Of a stretch of 33,549 nt of DNA, positions 7,941-16,725 are shown piece after piece (positions within the stretch are counted from its first letter, which is position 1; each line of letters starts with the position of its first letter). The translations under genes were made by a program, and so were the position numbers. The notes beneath the pieces are model-generated. The model searched no databases and had not been told where the DNA came from. It worked only from the letters and a program-made list of their open reading frames with translations. The DNA is from Candidatus Dadabacteria bacterium (GTDB taxonomy: Bacteria; Desulfobacterota_D; UBA1144; Nemesobacterales; CSP1-2), in the NCBI GenBank assembly GCA_022615255.1, contig JAKEHC010000117.1:1-33549 (forward strand), given 5' to 3'.

Positions 7941-9227
7941 TCAAGCGGAAAACACTATCTCTCCCCCGACTATAGTGTAGAGAATCTGTCCTGAAAGCCG
8001 CCATCCGTGAAAGGGGGTATTCCTGCCCTTTGAGAAAAATTTATCTCTATCAACCTTTACGGTTTTATTCGGGTCAAATATAACCACATCGGCAGGCGCC
8101 CCTGGTTTTAGCGTTCCTCTATTACTTCTAATAATAATTTGGGCGGGATTAAACGTGAGCTTCCTTATTAACTCAGTTAAGGTTAATATGCGATCTTCGA
8201 CAAGCCTAAGCGCCAGAGGGAGAGCAGTTTCGAGGCCTGAAATACCAAACGGTGCAAGGTCAAACTCGACCTTTTTCTCGTCTTCTGTGTGCGGTGCATG
8301 GTCTGTCGCAATTATATCTAGCACGCCGTCTTTTAAACCTTCTCTTATCGCCTCCATGTCTTCTCTGCTCCTAATTGGCGGGTTCACCTTTGTGCTTGTA
8401 TCGTAGTTCAAAACGGCTTTATCGTTGAGCGTGAAATGATGCGGTGTTGCCTCACCGGTTACCTTTACCCCTCGCTTCTTGGCATCCCTTATCAGCCTTA
8501 CAGCGCCTGCCGTTGAGACATGGGCTATGTGAAGATGAGTTCCGGTAAGCTCTCCAAGTGTTATGTCACGGGCGACGATTATCTCCTCTGAAGCGTTTGG
8601 AATACCCCTAAGACCAAGAATGGTTGATGTAAAGCCGTCGTTCATTACACCATCAGATGAAAGGTTTAAATCCTCGGCATGTGATATTACAGGAAGCTCA
8701 AAGGCTTTTGCGTATTCCATCGCATGCCGCATAACCCTTGAGTTCATCACAGGTCTTCCATCGTCAGAGATTGCTACGCAACCAGCTTCCCTCATCTCTC
8801 CGATCTCGGCAAGGGCTTGTCCCTTCTGTCCTTTTGTTATCGCCCCTACAGGAAACACATTTACAACCCCTTCTGTTCTTGCTTTGAGCAATATATACTC
8901 CGTCACAGACGCATTATCATTAACCGGGTTTGTATTTGGCATACAGACGACTGATGTAAAGCCTCCTGCCGCCGCCGCAAGACACCCGGTACGGATCGTT
9001 TCTTTATGCTCAAAGCCGGGCTCCCTTAGGTGAACGTGAAGGTCAATAAAACCGGGAGAAACTACCTTCCCTGATGCGTCTATTACTTGGACGCTTGAAT
9101 CCATTTCCAATTCCTTTGTGTCAGAAGGGTAACCATTGATTTTTCCATCTGAGAGAAGCAGATTTCTTACCTCATTGATTTCCTGAGAAGGGTCAATCAG
9201 TTGACCGTCCTTTATCAGTATCTTCAT
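7941..9227 (-). CDS. pyrC: Dihydroorotase
   Basis: 428 aa. Metal-binding DLHVHLREPG motif, then ...ATDHAPH.... 4-nt overlap with the pyrB stop. Confidence 0.93.
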   Translation of the reverse strand: MKILIKDGQLIDPSQEINEVRNLLLSDGKINGYPSDTKELEMDSSVQVIDASGKVVSPGFIDLHVHLREPGFEHKETIRTGCLAAAAGGFTSVVCMPNTNPVNDNASVTEYILLKARTEGVVNVFPVGAITKGQKGQALAEIGEMREAGCVAISDDGRPVMNSRVMRHAMEYAKAFELPVISHAEDLNLSSDGVMNDGFTSTILGLRGIPNASEEIIVARDITLGELTGTHLHIAHVSTAGAVRLIRDAKKRGVKVTGEATPHHFTLNDKAVLNYDTSTKVNPPIRSREDMEAIREGLKDGVLDIIATDHAPHTEDEKKVEFDLAPFGISGLETALPLALRLVEDRILTLTELIRKLTFNPAQIIIRSNRGTLKPGAPADVVIFDPNKTVKVDRDKFFSKGRNTPFHGWRLSGQILYTIVGGEIVFSA

Positions 9228-10153
9228 CCGCTTCCCCCTCCTGACGCCACAAGATATAGCATTGCCATCCGGACAGCTATTCCATTTGAGACCTGATTGA
9301 GAATGACTGAGTGCATATCATCAGCTACCTCTGATGATAACTCAACCCCTCTATTTATTGGTCCCGGATGCATAACAATGACATCCGCTTTCGCAAGCCC
9401 TAGCCTCTCGCGGGTAAGCCCGTAAAACCTCGAATACTCCCTCAACGATGGAAAAAGCCCAGACTCCTGCCTTTCCTTTTGAAGACGAAGCATCATTACA
9501 ATGTCCACTCCCTCGAGCGCATTTTCAATATTGTAGTGAACCTTGACATCAACCTTTTCAATGTCCCGAGGTATCATTGTAGGGGGTCCTACTACCCTCA
9601 CCTCCGCACCAAGCTTTATGAATCCCCAGATATTAGACCTTGCCACCCGGCTATGCAGAATGTCTCCTACGATAACTATTTTTAGTCCGGATATCTCTTT
9701 CTTTATCTCCCTAACAGTGAAGAGATCTAGTAGAGCCTGACTGGGGTGCTCGTGAAAGCCGTCACCCGCATTAACGATTGAAGAGCTAAGTTCTCGCGCT
9801 AAAAGCCAAGGAGCACCTGACATAGAATGCCTTATCACTATTACGCTCGCCCCCATAGCCTCAAGATTTCTGGCAGTATCGAGCAGGGTTTCACCCTTTA
9901 CAACGCTGCTTTCAGTTGGCGTGAAATTCAGCACATCAGCGCTAAGCCTTTTTTCCGCTATCTCAAAAGACGCTCTCGTTCTTGTACTAGGCTCGAAGAA
10001 TAGGTTAACGACTGTAACACCCTTGAGCGCGGGAACCTTTTTTACATCGCGCTCTGATACCTCTTTCATTGATTCAGCTGTGTCAAGGATCAGCCGTATT
10101 TCATCGGATGATAACTCCTCAAGCCCAAGAATGTGTTTTTGTTCAAAAACCAT
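9224..10153 (-). CDS. pyrB: Aspartate carbamoyltransferase catalytic subunit
   Basis: FFEPSTRTRASFE carbamoyl-phosphate motif and the HPSQALLD and HPGP motifs. Confidence 0.95.
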   Translation of the reverse strand: MVFEQKHILGLEELSSDEIRLILDTAESMKEVSERDVKKVPALKGVTVVNLFFEPSTRTRASFEIAEKRLSADVLNFTPTESSVVKGETLLDTARNLEAMGASVIVIRHSMSGAPWLLARELSSSIVNAGDGFHEHPSQALLDLFTVREIKKEISGLKIVIVGDILHSRVARSNIWGFIKLGAEVRVVGPPTMIPRDIEKVDVKVHYNIENALEGVDIVMMLRLQKERQESGLFPSLREYSRFYGLTRERLGLAKADVIVMHPGPINRGVELSSEVADDMHSVILNQVSNGIAVRMAMLYLVASGGGSG

Positions 10154-10158
10154 GTCTA

Positions 10159-10737
<579 letters not shown>

Positions 10738-10763
10738 TTATCCCGCGTTCACGCTCCTAGCCC

Positions 10764-10779
10764 TATTTGGAATTTCATT
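10764..10779. repeat. Short copy of the AAATTCCAA/TTGGAATTT repeat family (TATTTGGAATTTCATT)
   Basis: 13 of its 16 nt (TATTTGGAATTTC) are identical to 30691-30703. Both copies start within about 10 nt downstream of a minus-strand stop codon (lepB and rplB). Confidence 0.4.
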
Positions 10780-10788
10780 ATTCCACCT

Positions 10789-11724
10789 CTACTGAATCAA
10801 AGAAAGCACCCTATGCCACCTAACTTTATCTAATACATTCTTATTACTAAAATCCCATGACCAATGTATGATAAATGCCTTACCAGCAATATTTTGTATA
10901 GACACTAATCCCCAAAATCTGCTGTCCTGACTGTTATCCCTGTTGTCTCCCATGACAAAAACGTACCCCTCAGGAACCTTTGTCAAAGGAATGTACTCCC
11001 CTTTTTCCGTAGAATCTTTTCCTTTTAGATATATGACACGGTGTATATTGCCGAAAAGGTCTTCTTCATACTCATCGTAACTCGCCTGAGTTCTCTCATC
11101 ACGAAAATCCCCAAAAAATTTAAGAGGAACCTCTTGTCCGTTTATAAATATATTTCTACCCTTGATATCAATGCTATCACCCGGAAGACCTATTACCCTT
11201 TTTATATAATCTATTCCATCTTTTGAAGGGTCATCTTCGTAGTTTGGATAGGTGAATACTATCACGTCTCCATGCTTTATGTCCTTAATAGGCATAACGA
11301 TCTTATCAGTAAATGGAATCTTTGTTCCGTATATAAACTTACTTACTAGCAGGTGGTCTCCTACAAGGAGTGTTGGAATCATAGAACCTGAAGGAATCTT
11401 AAAAGGCTGCACAATAAATGTTCTGATAAAAAGTGCAAGCGCTATGGCAATAACAAGAGACTCGATATTTTGCCTTAACCTTGATTTTCTAAACTTAGAC
11501 AGGTGTTCATGCACTGTGCTATCAAGACCTTCAACCTTCGTGGCAAGGTCTTTCAAATTGCCATCCTCTAAGGCTCTTTCAGTCTGACTGATTCTATCCG
11601 TTATTAATTTCCCCACATCAGGGGCAATCTTTGAAATATTATGACTATAGAGGGAACGAGCGATAGCGACCGATCTCTTTGCCCTCTTTTTTATTTGAGA
11701 TTCCTTTGACCAGATTCCAAACAT
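10789..11724 (-). CDS. lepB: Signal peptidase I (LepB) with an unusually long N-terminal cytoplasmic extension
   Basis: Catalytic box IPSGSMIPTL, GDHLLVSKF, the GDNRDNSQDSRFWG box and one TM segment (LVIAIALALFIRTFIV). ATG at 11724. An alternative internal GTG at 11514 would give a conventional short N-terminus. Confidence 0.88.
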   Translation of the reverse strand: MFGIWSKESQIKKRAKRSVAIARSLYSHNISKIAPDVGKLITDRISQTERALEDGNLKDLATKVEGLDSTVHEHLSKFRKSRLRQNIESLVIAIALALFIRTFIVQPFKIPSGSMIPTLLVGDHLLVSKFIYGTKIPFTDKIVMPIKDIKHGDVIVFTYPNYEDDPSKDGIDYIKRVIGLPGDSIDIKGRNIFINGQEVPLKFFGDFRDERTQASYDEYEEDLFGNIHRVIYLKGKDSTEKGEYIPLTKVPEGYVFVMGDNRDNSQDSRFWGLVSIQNIAGKAFIIHWSWDFSNKNVLDKVRWHRVLSLIQ

Positions 11725-11836
11725 CTTGAGGGTTTGAGTATAAATGGGAAGGGAGATTCTTTCAATATGGAGAGAAAACCGGAGAGATCAGTACAAATTG
11801 CAATTAACAATTTACGTTTAGTAGCCACCGAGCGGG

Positions 11837-11859
11837 GGCGACCGGTCGGTCGCCTCTAC
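11837..11859 (-). repeat. REP-like element copy A3 (GTAG followed by a GC-rich hairpin)
   Basis: Minus strand reads GTAGAGGCGACCGACCGGTCGCC. 7-bp stem GGCGACC/GGTCGCC with a 4-nt loop, 25 nt downstream of the relA/spoT stop. Confidence 0.55.
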
Positions 11860-11883
11860 TTAAGAGAATTTGATGTTAATATT

Positions 11884-14040
11884 CTATAATTCCTCAGCAC
11901 CCAAGATCCTCCCTACAGAGATGACTCCTTTTAATTTCTTTATTGACTTCATCACACCTTCAAGCTGGTTCAGGTCTGAGACAGCTATCTCAAAAGTCCC
12001 TATCGCCCTATCGTCGTCAGTTGAATGGATTTCCGCCTTAGATATGTTTATATCAGACGATGCTATGGAGCGTGTGATACTGGATAGTATGCCCGGGCGA
12101 TCAGCGCATATAACCTCGATCTTCGCCGGCCTCTGTCCTTTAAAGCCCCTGTCCCATAGAACGTCGATTTTCCTCGCAGGGTCCACATCCAGAAGCTGTG
12201 AACAGTTGTGTTTGTGTATAGTTATTCCACGGCCCCTAGTTATGTATCCAACGATGTTTTCCCCGGGAATCGGCGTGCAGCAGTTCCCAAACCTGATCAT
12301 AACGTCATCGTAACCCTTAACGAGAACCCCGCTTTTCGTCGAGCGTGTGAGGGTTTGTATAATTCTCTCAAGCATTGATTCCTTCTCTGGTAAGCCCTCT
12401 AATTTTTCCTTAGGAAGTATGCGTTTGAGAAGCTCCGTTACTGAGACCTTGCCATAACCAAGAGCCAGATAAAATTCATCTATATCCTTAAATCCAAGTT
12501 CGCTCAATGCATTATCAAGTTCGCCGCTTCTCAACATCTTTTGAAAATCAAGACCGTGTTGTCTGAATTTTCTCTCAGATATAGACCTTCCAACGAGCTT
12601 GGATTGCTCTCTTTCTTCAGTTCTAAGCCATGAGCGTATCTTTGTCTTTGCACGGGAGGTAACTACAAATTTAAGCCAATCGCGACTCGGTTTCTTATCG
12701 GTTATGGTAGCGATTTCTACCGTATCTCCGCTTCTCAGCTTGTAATCAAGTGGAACCAACTTCCCATTAACCCTTGCCCTTGTGCAGTGGTTTCCAATCT
12801 CTGTATGAATTGAATATGCAAAATCAACAGGCGTTGCTCCATTGGGAAGCTCCTTTAGATCCCCTTTTGGAGTAAAGGCATAAACCATATTGGGTATTAA
12901 CTCACCCTTTACCGCTTCAAGAAATTCTGCAGGGTCTTTAATATCCTTCCATTCTAGAAGCTGTCTTAAGTTAGCATAGATCTTATCGCTCTCACCGGGC
13001 TCGATCCTCCCCTCTTTGTATTTCCAATGGGCTGCGATACCGTATTCCGCTATCTCGTGCATCCTCTGTGTTCTAATCTGAATCTCCATTCTTTCTCCAT
13101 ATGGGCCGATAACCGTGGTGTGCAGGGACTGGTATCCGTTTCCCTTCGGAAGCGCAATATAATCCTTGAACCTACCGGGCACGGGCTTCCAGGAAGAATG
13201 AACGGCGCCGAGAACCTCATAGCATTCCCTAAGCGAATCTGTAATAATCCTGAAGGCAATAACATCGTGCACCTGATCAAAGTCAAGGTTCTGTGTTTGC
13301 ATCTTGATATAAATTGCGTAAACGTGCTTGAACCTGCCCGTAATTTCTGCCTTTATTCCAAACTCGGCGAGTTGTTTATCAAGTATGCTTTTTACAGATT
13401 CAACATACTTCTCCCATTCTTTCTTCTTTTTAGCGATTAGCTTTGAAATACTCTCATACTCTTCGGGATTTAGAAAACGAAAAGATAGATCCTCAAGCTC
13501 AGTTCTTATCCAGTAGATGCCAAGTCTATGCGCAAGAGGAGAATAAATTTCAAGTGTTTCCTTGGAAATCCTCTTCCTGCGATCTTCGGGAAGGTATTCC
13601 AGTGTCTGCATATTATGAAGTCTGTCTGCAAGCTTAACAAGAACAACCCTTATATCCTTTGCAGTTGCTAATATGAGTTTTCTGAAACTCTCCGCCTGTT
13701 CCTCGATCTTCGAGTTGAATGGAAGCTTGCTTATTTTTGTAACACCATCAACAAGAAATGCCACCTCCTTACCAAAAAGGGTTTCTATCTCCCCGATGGT
13801 AGCAAGCGTATCCTCCACCGTATCGTGAAGAAGACCTGTTACCACAGATGACACATCCAATCTTAAATCTGCAAGTATCCCTGCTACCTCCAGGGGATGG
13901 CCTAGGTAAGATTCTCCTGAGCTTCTTTTTTGCCCCGCATGGACCTTTGCAGAGTAGACATAAGCCCTCTTGATGACCTCTACATCGGCTTCAGGTAGGT
14001 ATGAGGTAACCTTTTCAACGATGTCGTTTAATCTCAACAT
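11884..14040 (-). CDS. Bifunctional (p)ppGpp synthetase/hydrolase, RelA/SpoT (Rel) family
   Basis: HD hydrolase motif (HPLEVAGILADL...LLHDTVEDT), a synthetase domain (YQSLHTTV, EIQIRT), TGS and a C-terminal ACT domain. Start re-called to the ATG at 14040 (MLRLNDIVEKV); the track start at 14058 is a TTG. Confidence 0.93.
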   Translation of the reverse strand: MLRLNDIVEKVTSYLPEADVEVIKRAYVYSAKVHAGQKRSSGESYLGHPLEVAGILADLRLDVSSVVTGLLHDTVEDTLATIGEIETLFGKEVAFLVDGVTKISKLPFNSKIEEQAESFRKLILATAKDIRVVLVKLADRLHNMQTLEYLPEDRRKRISKETLEIYSPLAHRLGIYWIRTELEDLSFRFLNPEEYESISKLIAKKKKEWEKYVESVKSILDKQLAEFGIKAEITGRFKHVYAIYIKMQTQNLDFDQVHDVIAFRIITDSLRECYEVLGAVHSSWKPVPGRFKDYIALPKGNGYQSLHTTVIGPYGERMEIQIRTQRMHEIAEYGIAAHWKYKEGRIEPGESDKIYANLRQLLEWKDIKDPAEFLEAVKGELIPNMVYAFTPKGDLKELPNGATPVDFAYSIHTEIGNHCTRARVNGKLVPLDYKLRSGDTVEIATITDKKPSRDWLKFVVTSRAKTKIRSWLRTEEREQSKLVGRSISERKFRQHGLDFQKMLRSGELDNALSELGFKDIDEFYLALGYGKVSVTELLKRILPKEKLEGLPEKESMLERIIQTLTRSTKSGVLVKGYDDVMIRFGNCCTPIPGENIVGYITRGRGITIHKHNCSQLLDVDPARKIDVLWDRGFKGQRPAKIEVICADRPGILSSITRSIASSDINISKAEIHSTDDDRAIGTFEIAVSDLNQLEGVMKSIKKLKGVISVGRILGAEEL

Positions 14041-14175
14041 AACTTTTTTCCCAGGCAACTACTTAGCAACAAAAACACTAAGGCGGAATCCAGAGGATAA
14101 AGTACTTCTGGCTTCTGAATCGGACTCATATTTCCCTTTTATACTCAAGCGCCTTAATTGGCTGAAGCTTTATCT

Positions 14176-14772
14176 TTAAAAGCCCTTGAGTGATTTTAAC
14201 ACCATTTCTCTTTTGCATCTCTCCGCAACTATGACAGCCTTTAGCCTATCTAAGGCCTCATGTATCGTGTCATTAATAATAATGTAATCATAGGAGTTGA
14301 TTTCATCCATCTCTTTCCTTGAATCTTCGATCCTTCTTGCAATCTCTAGAGTTCCTTCATCATGCCTTTTGATAAGCCGCTCCCTTAAAACATTGAGCGA
14401 CGACGGAGTAATGAAAATGTAAACACTCGAAGAATACCTACCTCTTATATTTCTAGCCCCTTGAGTATCTATGTCTAAAAGCAGATCTACACCTGAAGAT
14501 CTCGCTCTTTCAATCTCCTCAACTGGGGTTCCGTAGTGGTGGCCGTGAACCTGAGCCCATTCGGCAAACCGCTCATTCTTAACCATCTCCTGAAACTCGT
14601 TCTCTGAGATAAATCTATAATCAACCCCATCTAATTCGCCGAGTCTCGGCGGTCTAGTCGTGCAAGATACTAAAAACTTGAGATTATCAACCGTTTCGAT
14701 TACACGTTTAGTGAGTGTAGTTTTTCCGCTTCCTGACGGGCCCGAAATTATAAAAAGGATTCCCTCTCGCAT
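14176..14772 (-). CDS. gmk: Guanylate kinase
   Basis: P-loop GPSGSGKTT, then TTRPPR...E.DG.DY.F. Start set at the ATG at 14772 (MREGILFIISGPSGSGKTT); the track start at 14787 is a TTG five codons upstream. Neither has a clear SD. Confidence 0.9.
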   Translation of the reverse strand: MREGILFIISGPSGSGKTTLTKRVIETVDNLKFLVSCTTRPPRLGELDGVDYRFISENEFQEMVKNERFAEWAQVHGHHYGTPVEEIERARSSGVDLLLDIDTQGARNIRGRYSSSVYIFITPSSLNVLRERLIKRHDEGTLEIARRIEDSRKEMDEINSYDYIIINDTIHEALDRLKAVIVAERCKREMVLKSLKGF

Positions 14773-15022
14773 GATTTTAAGAGTCAATTTTTAGTGTCTA
14801 TAGAGTTTAGGATACCTTGAAGCAATTTGCAATTATAAAAACGCTTAAAAACTCAACGATATTTGACAAAACCCGTCAAAAGGTGGAAATTAATGATGAC
14901 TGTATAATCTTAAGCAGACTTAACCTTTAGGTATCAAAAGATGATAGCTATGCTCTTCTGAATTAACATTAAAAATATAAATACCAAATACTAAAACTTT
15001 ATAGGAATATTTAGATACTCTC

Positions 15023-15904
15023 ATGCGCTTTCAGGAATATTTCAAAGACGGCAAAAAGCCGATAATATCATTCGAGATATTCCCACCAAAGGCAGATAAG
15101 GGGATGGAACCCCTTCTCGAAATTCTTCCTGATCTAGTCGCCCTTAACCCAGATTACATGACAGTAACCTACGGTGCGATGGGCACTACACAGCATAAAA
15201 CACTAGAGATCGCCTCACTCCTAAAAAACTTTTATAAAATGGAGACAGCCTGTCACCTCACATGCGTCGGGGCATCACGCACTGAACTCAATGATATTCT
15301 TGAGCGGATTTCAAACGCCGCCATAAAGAATATAGTTGCACTACGCGGAGACCCTCCAATTGGTGAAAAAGCCTTTGTCCCACACCAAGATGGCTATTCA
15401 CATGCCTATCGGCTAGTGGAGCATATCCGCCGTTTTGAAAAGCTTAGAGGCAAAGAGCCATTCGGTATCGCAGTTGCCGGTTATCCGGAGAAGCATATTG
15501 AAGCTCCGAGCTTAGAGGCGGACATTCATAACCTTAAGCTAAAAATCGAAGCGGGAGGCGACATCGTAATAACACAACTCTTTTTTGATAATGCTTTTTA
15601 TTACAAATTTATAGAAAAGTGCAGGGATGCCGGTATAACTGTCCCGATAATCCCAGGGCTGATGCCAATTCTTTCCGTAAAACAGATTAAGCGTATAACC
15701 TCAATGTGCGGGTCCAGCATCCCTCATGAGCTTCGGTTAGAGCTTGACGCTTCTACAGATGACGATGAAAAGGCAAGTGAAATCGGTATACGTCAGTGCA
15801 TCCGACAGGCAAAAGAGCTTCTTCAATATGAAGTACCCGGTATACATTTTTATGTGCTAAATAAGTACTCACACATCCGGAAGATAATGGAGGCGCTGAG
15901 GTAA
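15023..15904 (+). CDS. metF: 5,10-methylenetetrahydrofolate reductase
   Basis: 293 aa. ISFEIFPPK N-terminal motif, with the ALRGDPP and TQLFFDN motifs typical of MetF. Confidence 0.9.
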   Translation: MRFQEYFKDGKKPIISFEIFPPKADKGMEPLLEILPDLVALNPDYMTVTYGAMGTTQHKTLEIASLLKNFYKMETACHLTCVGASRTELNDILERISNAAIKNIVALRGDPPIGEKAFVPHQDGYSHAYRLVEHIRRFEKLRGKEPFGIAVAGYPEKHIEAPSLEADIHNLKLKIEAGGDIVITQLFFDNAFYYKFIEKCRDAGITVPIIPGLMPILSVKQIKRITSMCGSSIPHELRLELDASTDDDEKASEIGIRQCIRQAKELLQYEVPGIHFYVLNKYSHIRKIMEALR

Positions 15905-15908
15905 CTAG

Positions 15909-15949
15909 TCGTGAATCGTGCATCGTGAATCATGAATCATACATGATTC
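15909..15949 (+). repeat. Heptad-periodic repeat element copy C1 (CGTGAAT CGTGCAT CGTGAAT CATGAAT CATACAT GATTC)
   Basis: 7-nt periodicity is visible directly. The element ends in a perfect 8-bp hairpin, GAATCATG (15927-15934) pairing with CATGATTC (15942-15949). It shares TCGTGAATCGTGCATC plus ATGAATCA with the reverse complement of 20248-20277. Confidence 0.6.
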
Positions 15950-15996
15950 TATTAGCGCAAATTCCTGTCCATTCGCGGCTACGCAGATATAAAGAA

Positions 15997-16680
15997 ATGC
16001 CTGAAACAAAATCCCTATTTAACAGAGTTGCGGGTCATTACGATTTCTTAAACACCATATTTAGCTTCGGAATCGATAAATCATGGAGAAATAGACTGGC
16101 TCTGGAAATATGCAGTCCAAAACTCCTACTTGATATAGCGACAGGAACGGGAGAGGTCGCGATTCAGTTTGCAAAGAAGTGGAACGGATGTTATGCAATC
16201 GGTATTGATCCTAGTAGGGAGATGCTTGATCTTGCTCACACAAAACTCGAGAAAACAGGCGTGAATGAAAAAATAGGTCTAGTGGTAGGATTTGCTGAAA
16301 GCCTGCCATTCAAAGATGGTACTTTTGATGCGATAACAACCGCCTTTGGAATTAGGAATACCGTTGATCCTCTTACATCTCTCAAAGAAATGAATAGGGT
16401 TTTAAGACAAGGAGGCACTGCAGGAATCCTTGAATTTGCCGTCCCGAGAAATCGGGTTTTTGCTCATCTTTATATGTCTTACATCAGAAATATGTTTCCA
16501 CTTTTCGGATCGTTTTTTGGAAAGAGAAACGAATATCAGTATCTTGTAGACTCCATTCCCAAGTTCCCACAGAGGGAGCGTTTCAGCAAACTGATGGAAG
16601 AAGCCGCATTTACGGTAAAAAAGCCAATTGAGTTTACAATGGGGACTGTGATTATTTATATTGGATTTAAAAAGGATTAG
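15997..16680 (+). CDS. ubiE: Demethylmenaquinone / ubiquinone-type C-methyltransferase (UbiE/MenG family, class I SAM MTase)
   Basis: FNRVAGHYDFLNTIFSFGIDKSWRNRL is a UbiE/MenG-type N-terminus. SAM motif LLDIATGTGEVA. Start re-called to the ATG at 15997 (MPETKSLFNRV). The track start at 15925 is a GTG inside the heptad repeat. Confidence 0.85.
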   Translation: MPETKSLFNRVAGHYDFLNTIFSFGIDKSWRNRLALEICSPKLLLDIATGTGEVAIQFAKKWNGCYAIGIDPSREMLDLAHTKLEKTGVNEKIGLVVGFAESLPFKDGTFDAITTAFGIRNTVDPLTSLKEMNRVLRQGGTAGILEFAVPRNRVFAHLYMSYIRNMFPLFGSFFGKRNEYQYLVDSIPKFPQRERFSKLMEEAAFTVKKPIEFTMGTVIIYIGFKKD

Positions 16681-16725
16681 AAGTCAGAATGGATAATGTG
16701 TAAACCTCAAACTCCTGACTCCATT

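Noticed and set aside
8563-9033. Long plus-strand ORFs antisense to real genes (8563-9033, 10069-10551, 11870-12313, 13027-13440, 18850-19272, 19856-20257, 20300-20710 and similar)
   Set aside because: Each lies fully inside a strongly supported minus-strand gene (pyrC, pyrR/pyrB, relA, rpoA, rpsD, rpsK). They have no recognisable motifs or SD sequences and are antisense shadow ORFs.
14041-14175. Possible degenerate rpoZ in the gmk-relA spacer; the frame in phase with relA reads ...STLSSGFRLSVFVAK*, which faintly recalls the omega NRFELVLVAAKR motif
   Set aside because: The match is about 4 identities over 9 residues, there is no proper start, and the ORF is only 30 codons. The resemblance is too weak to call a pseudogene.
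14788-15022. Riboswitch (SAM, SAH or THF) or clear divergent promoters in the 235-nt gmk/metF intergenic region
   Set aside because: The region is AT-rich with no conserved riboswitch core that I recognise. TTGACA (14863-14868) and TATAAT (14903-14908) are 34 nt apart, which is the wrong spacing. A minus-strand TATAAT (14837-14832) lacks a good -35. The promoters probably lie here, but I cannot place them.
15909-15949. CRISPR-like array, because of the short tandem repeats
   Set aside because: The units are 7 nt and directly abutting with no spacers, and there are only about 5 of them. This is a microsatellite-like heptad array, not a CRISPR.
16681-16725. Bidirectional intrinsic terminator between the convergent ubiE and LLM genes
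   Set aside because: The complementary segments (AGTCAG/CTGACT and AGAATGGA/TCCATTCT) are arranged so that they cannot form one continuous stem, and there are no flanking T/A runs. Not convincing.
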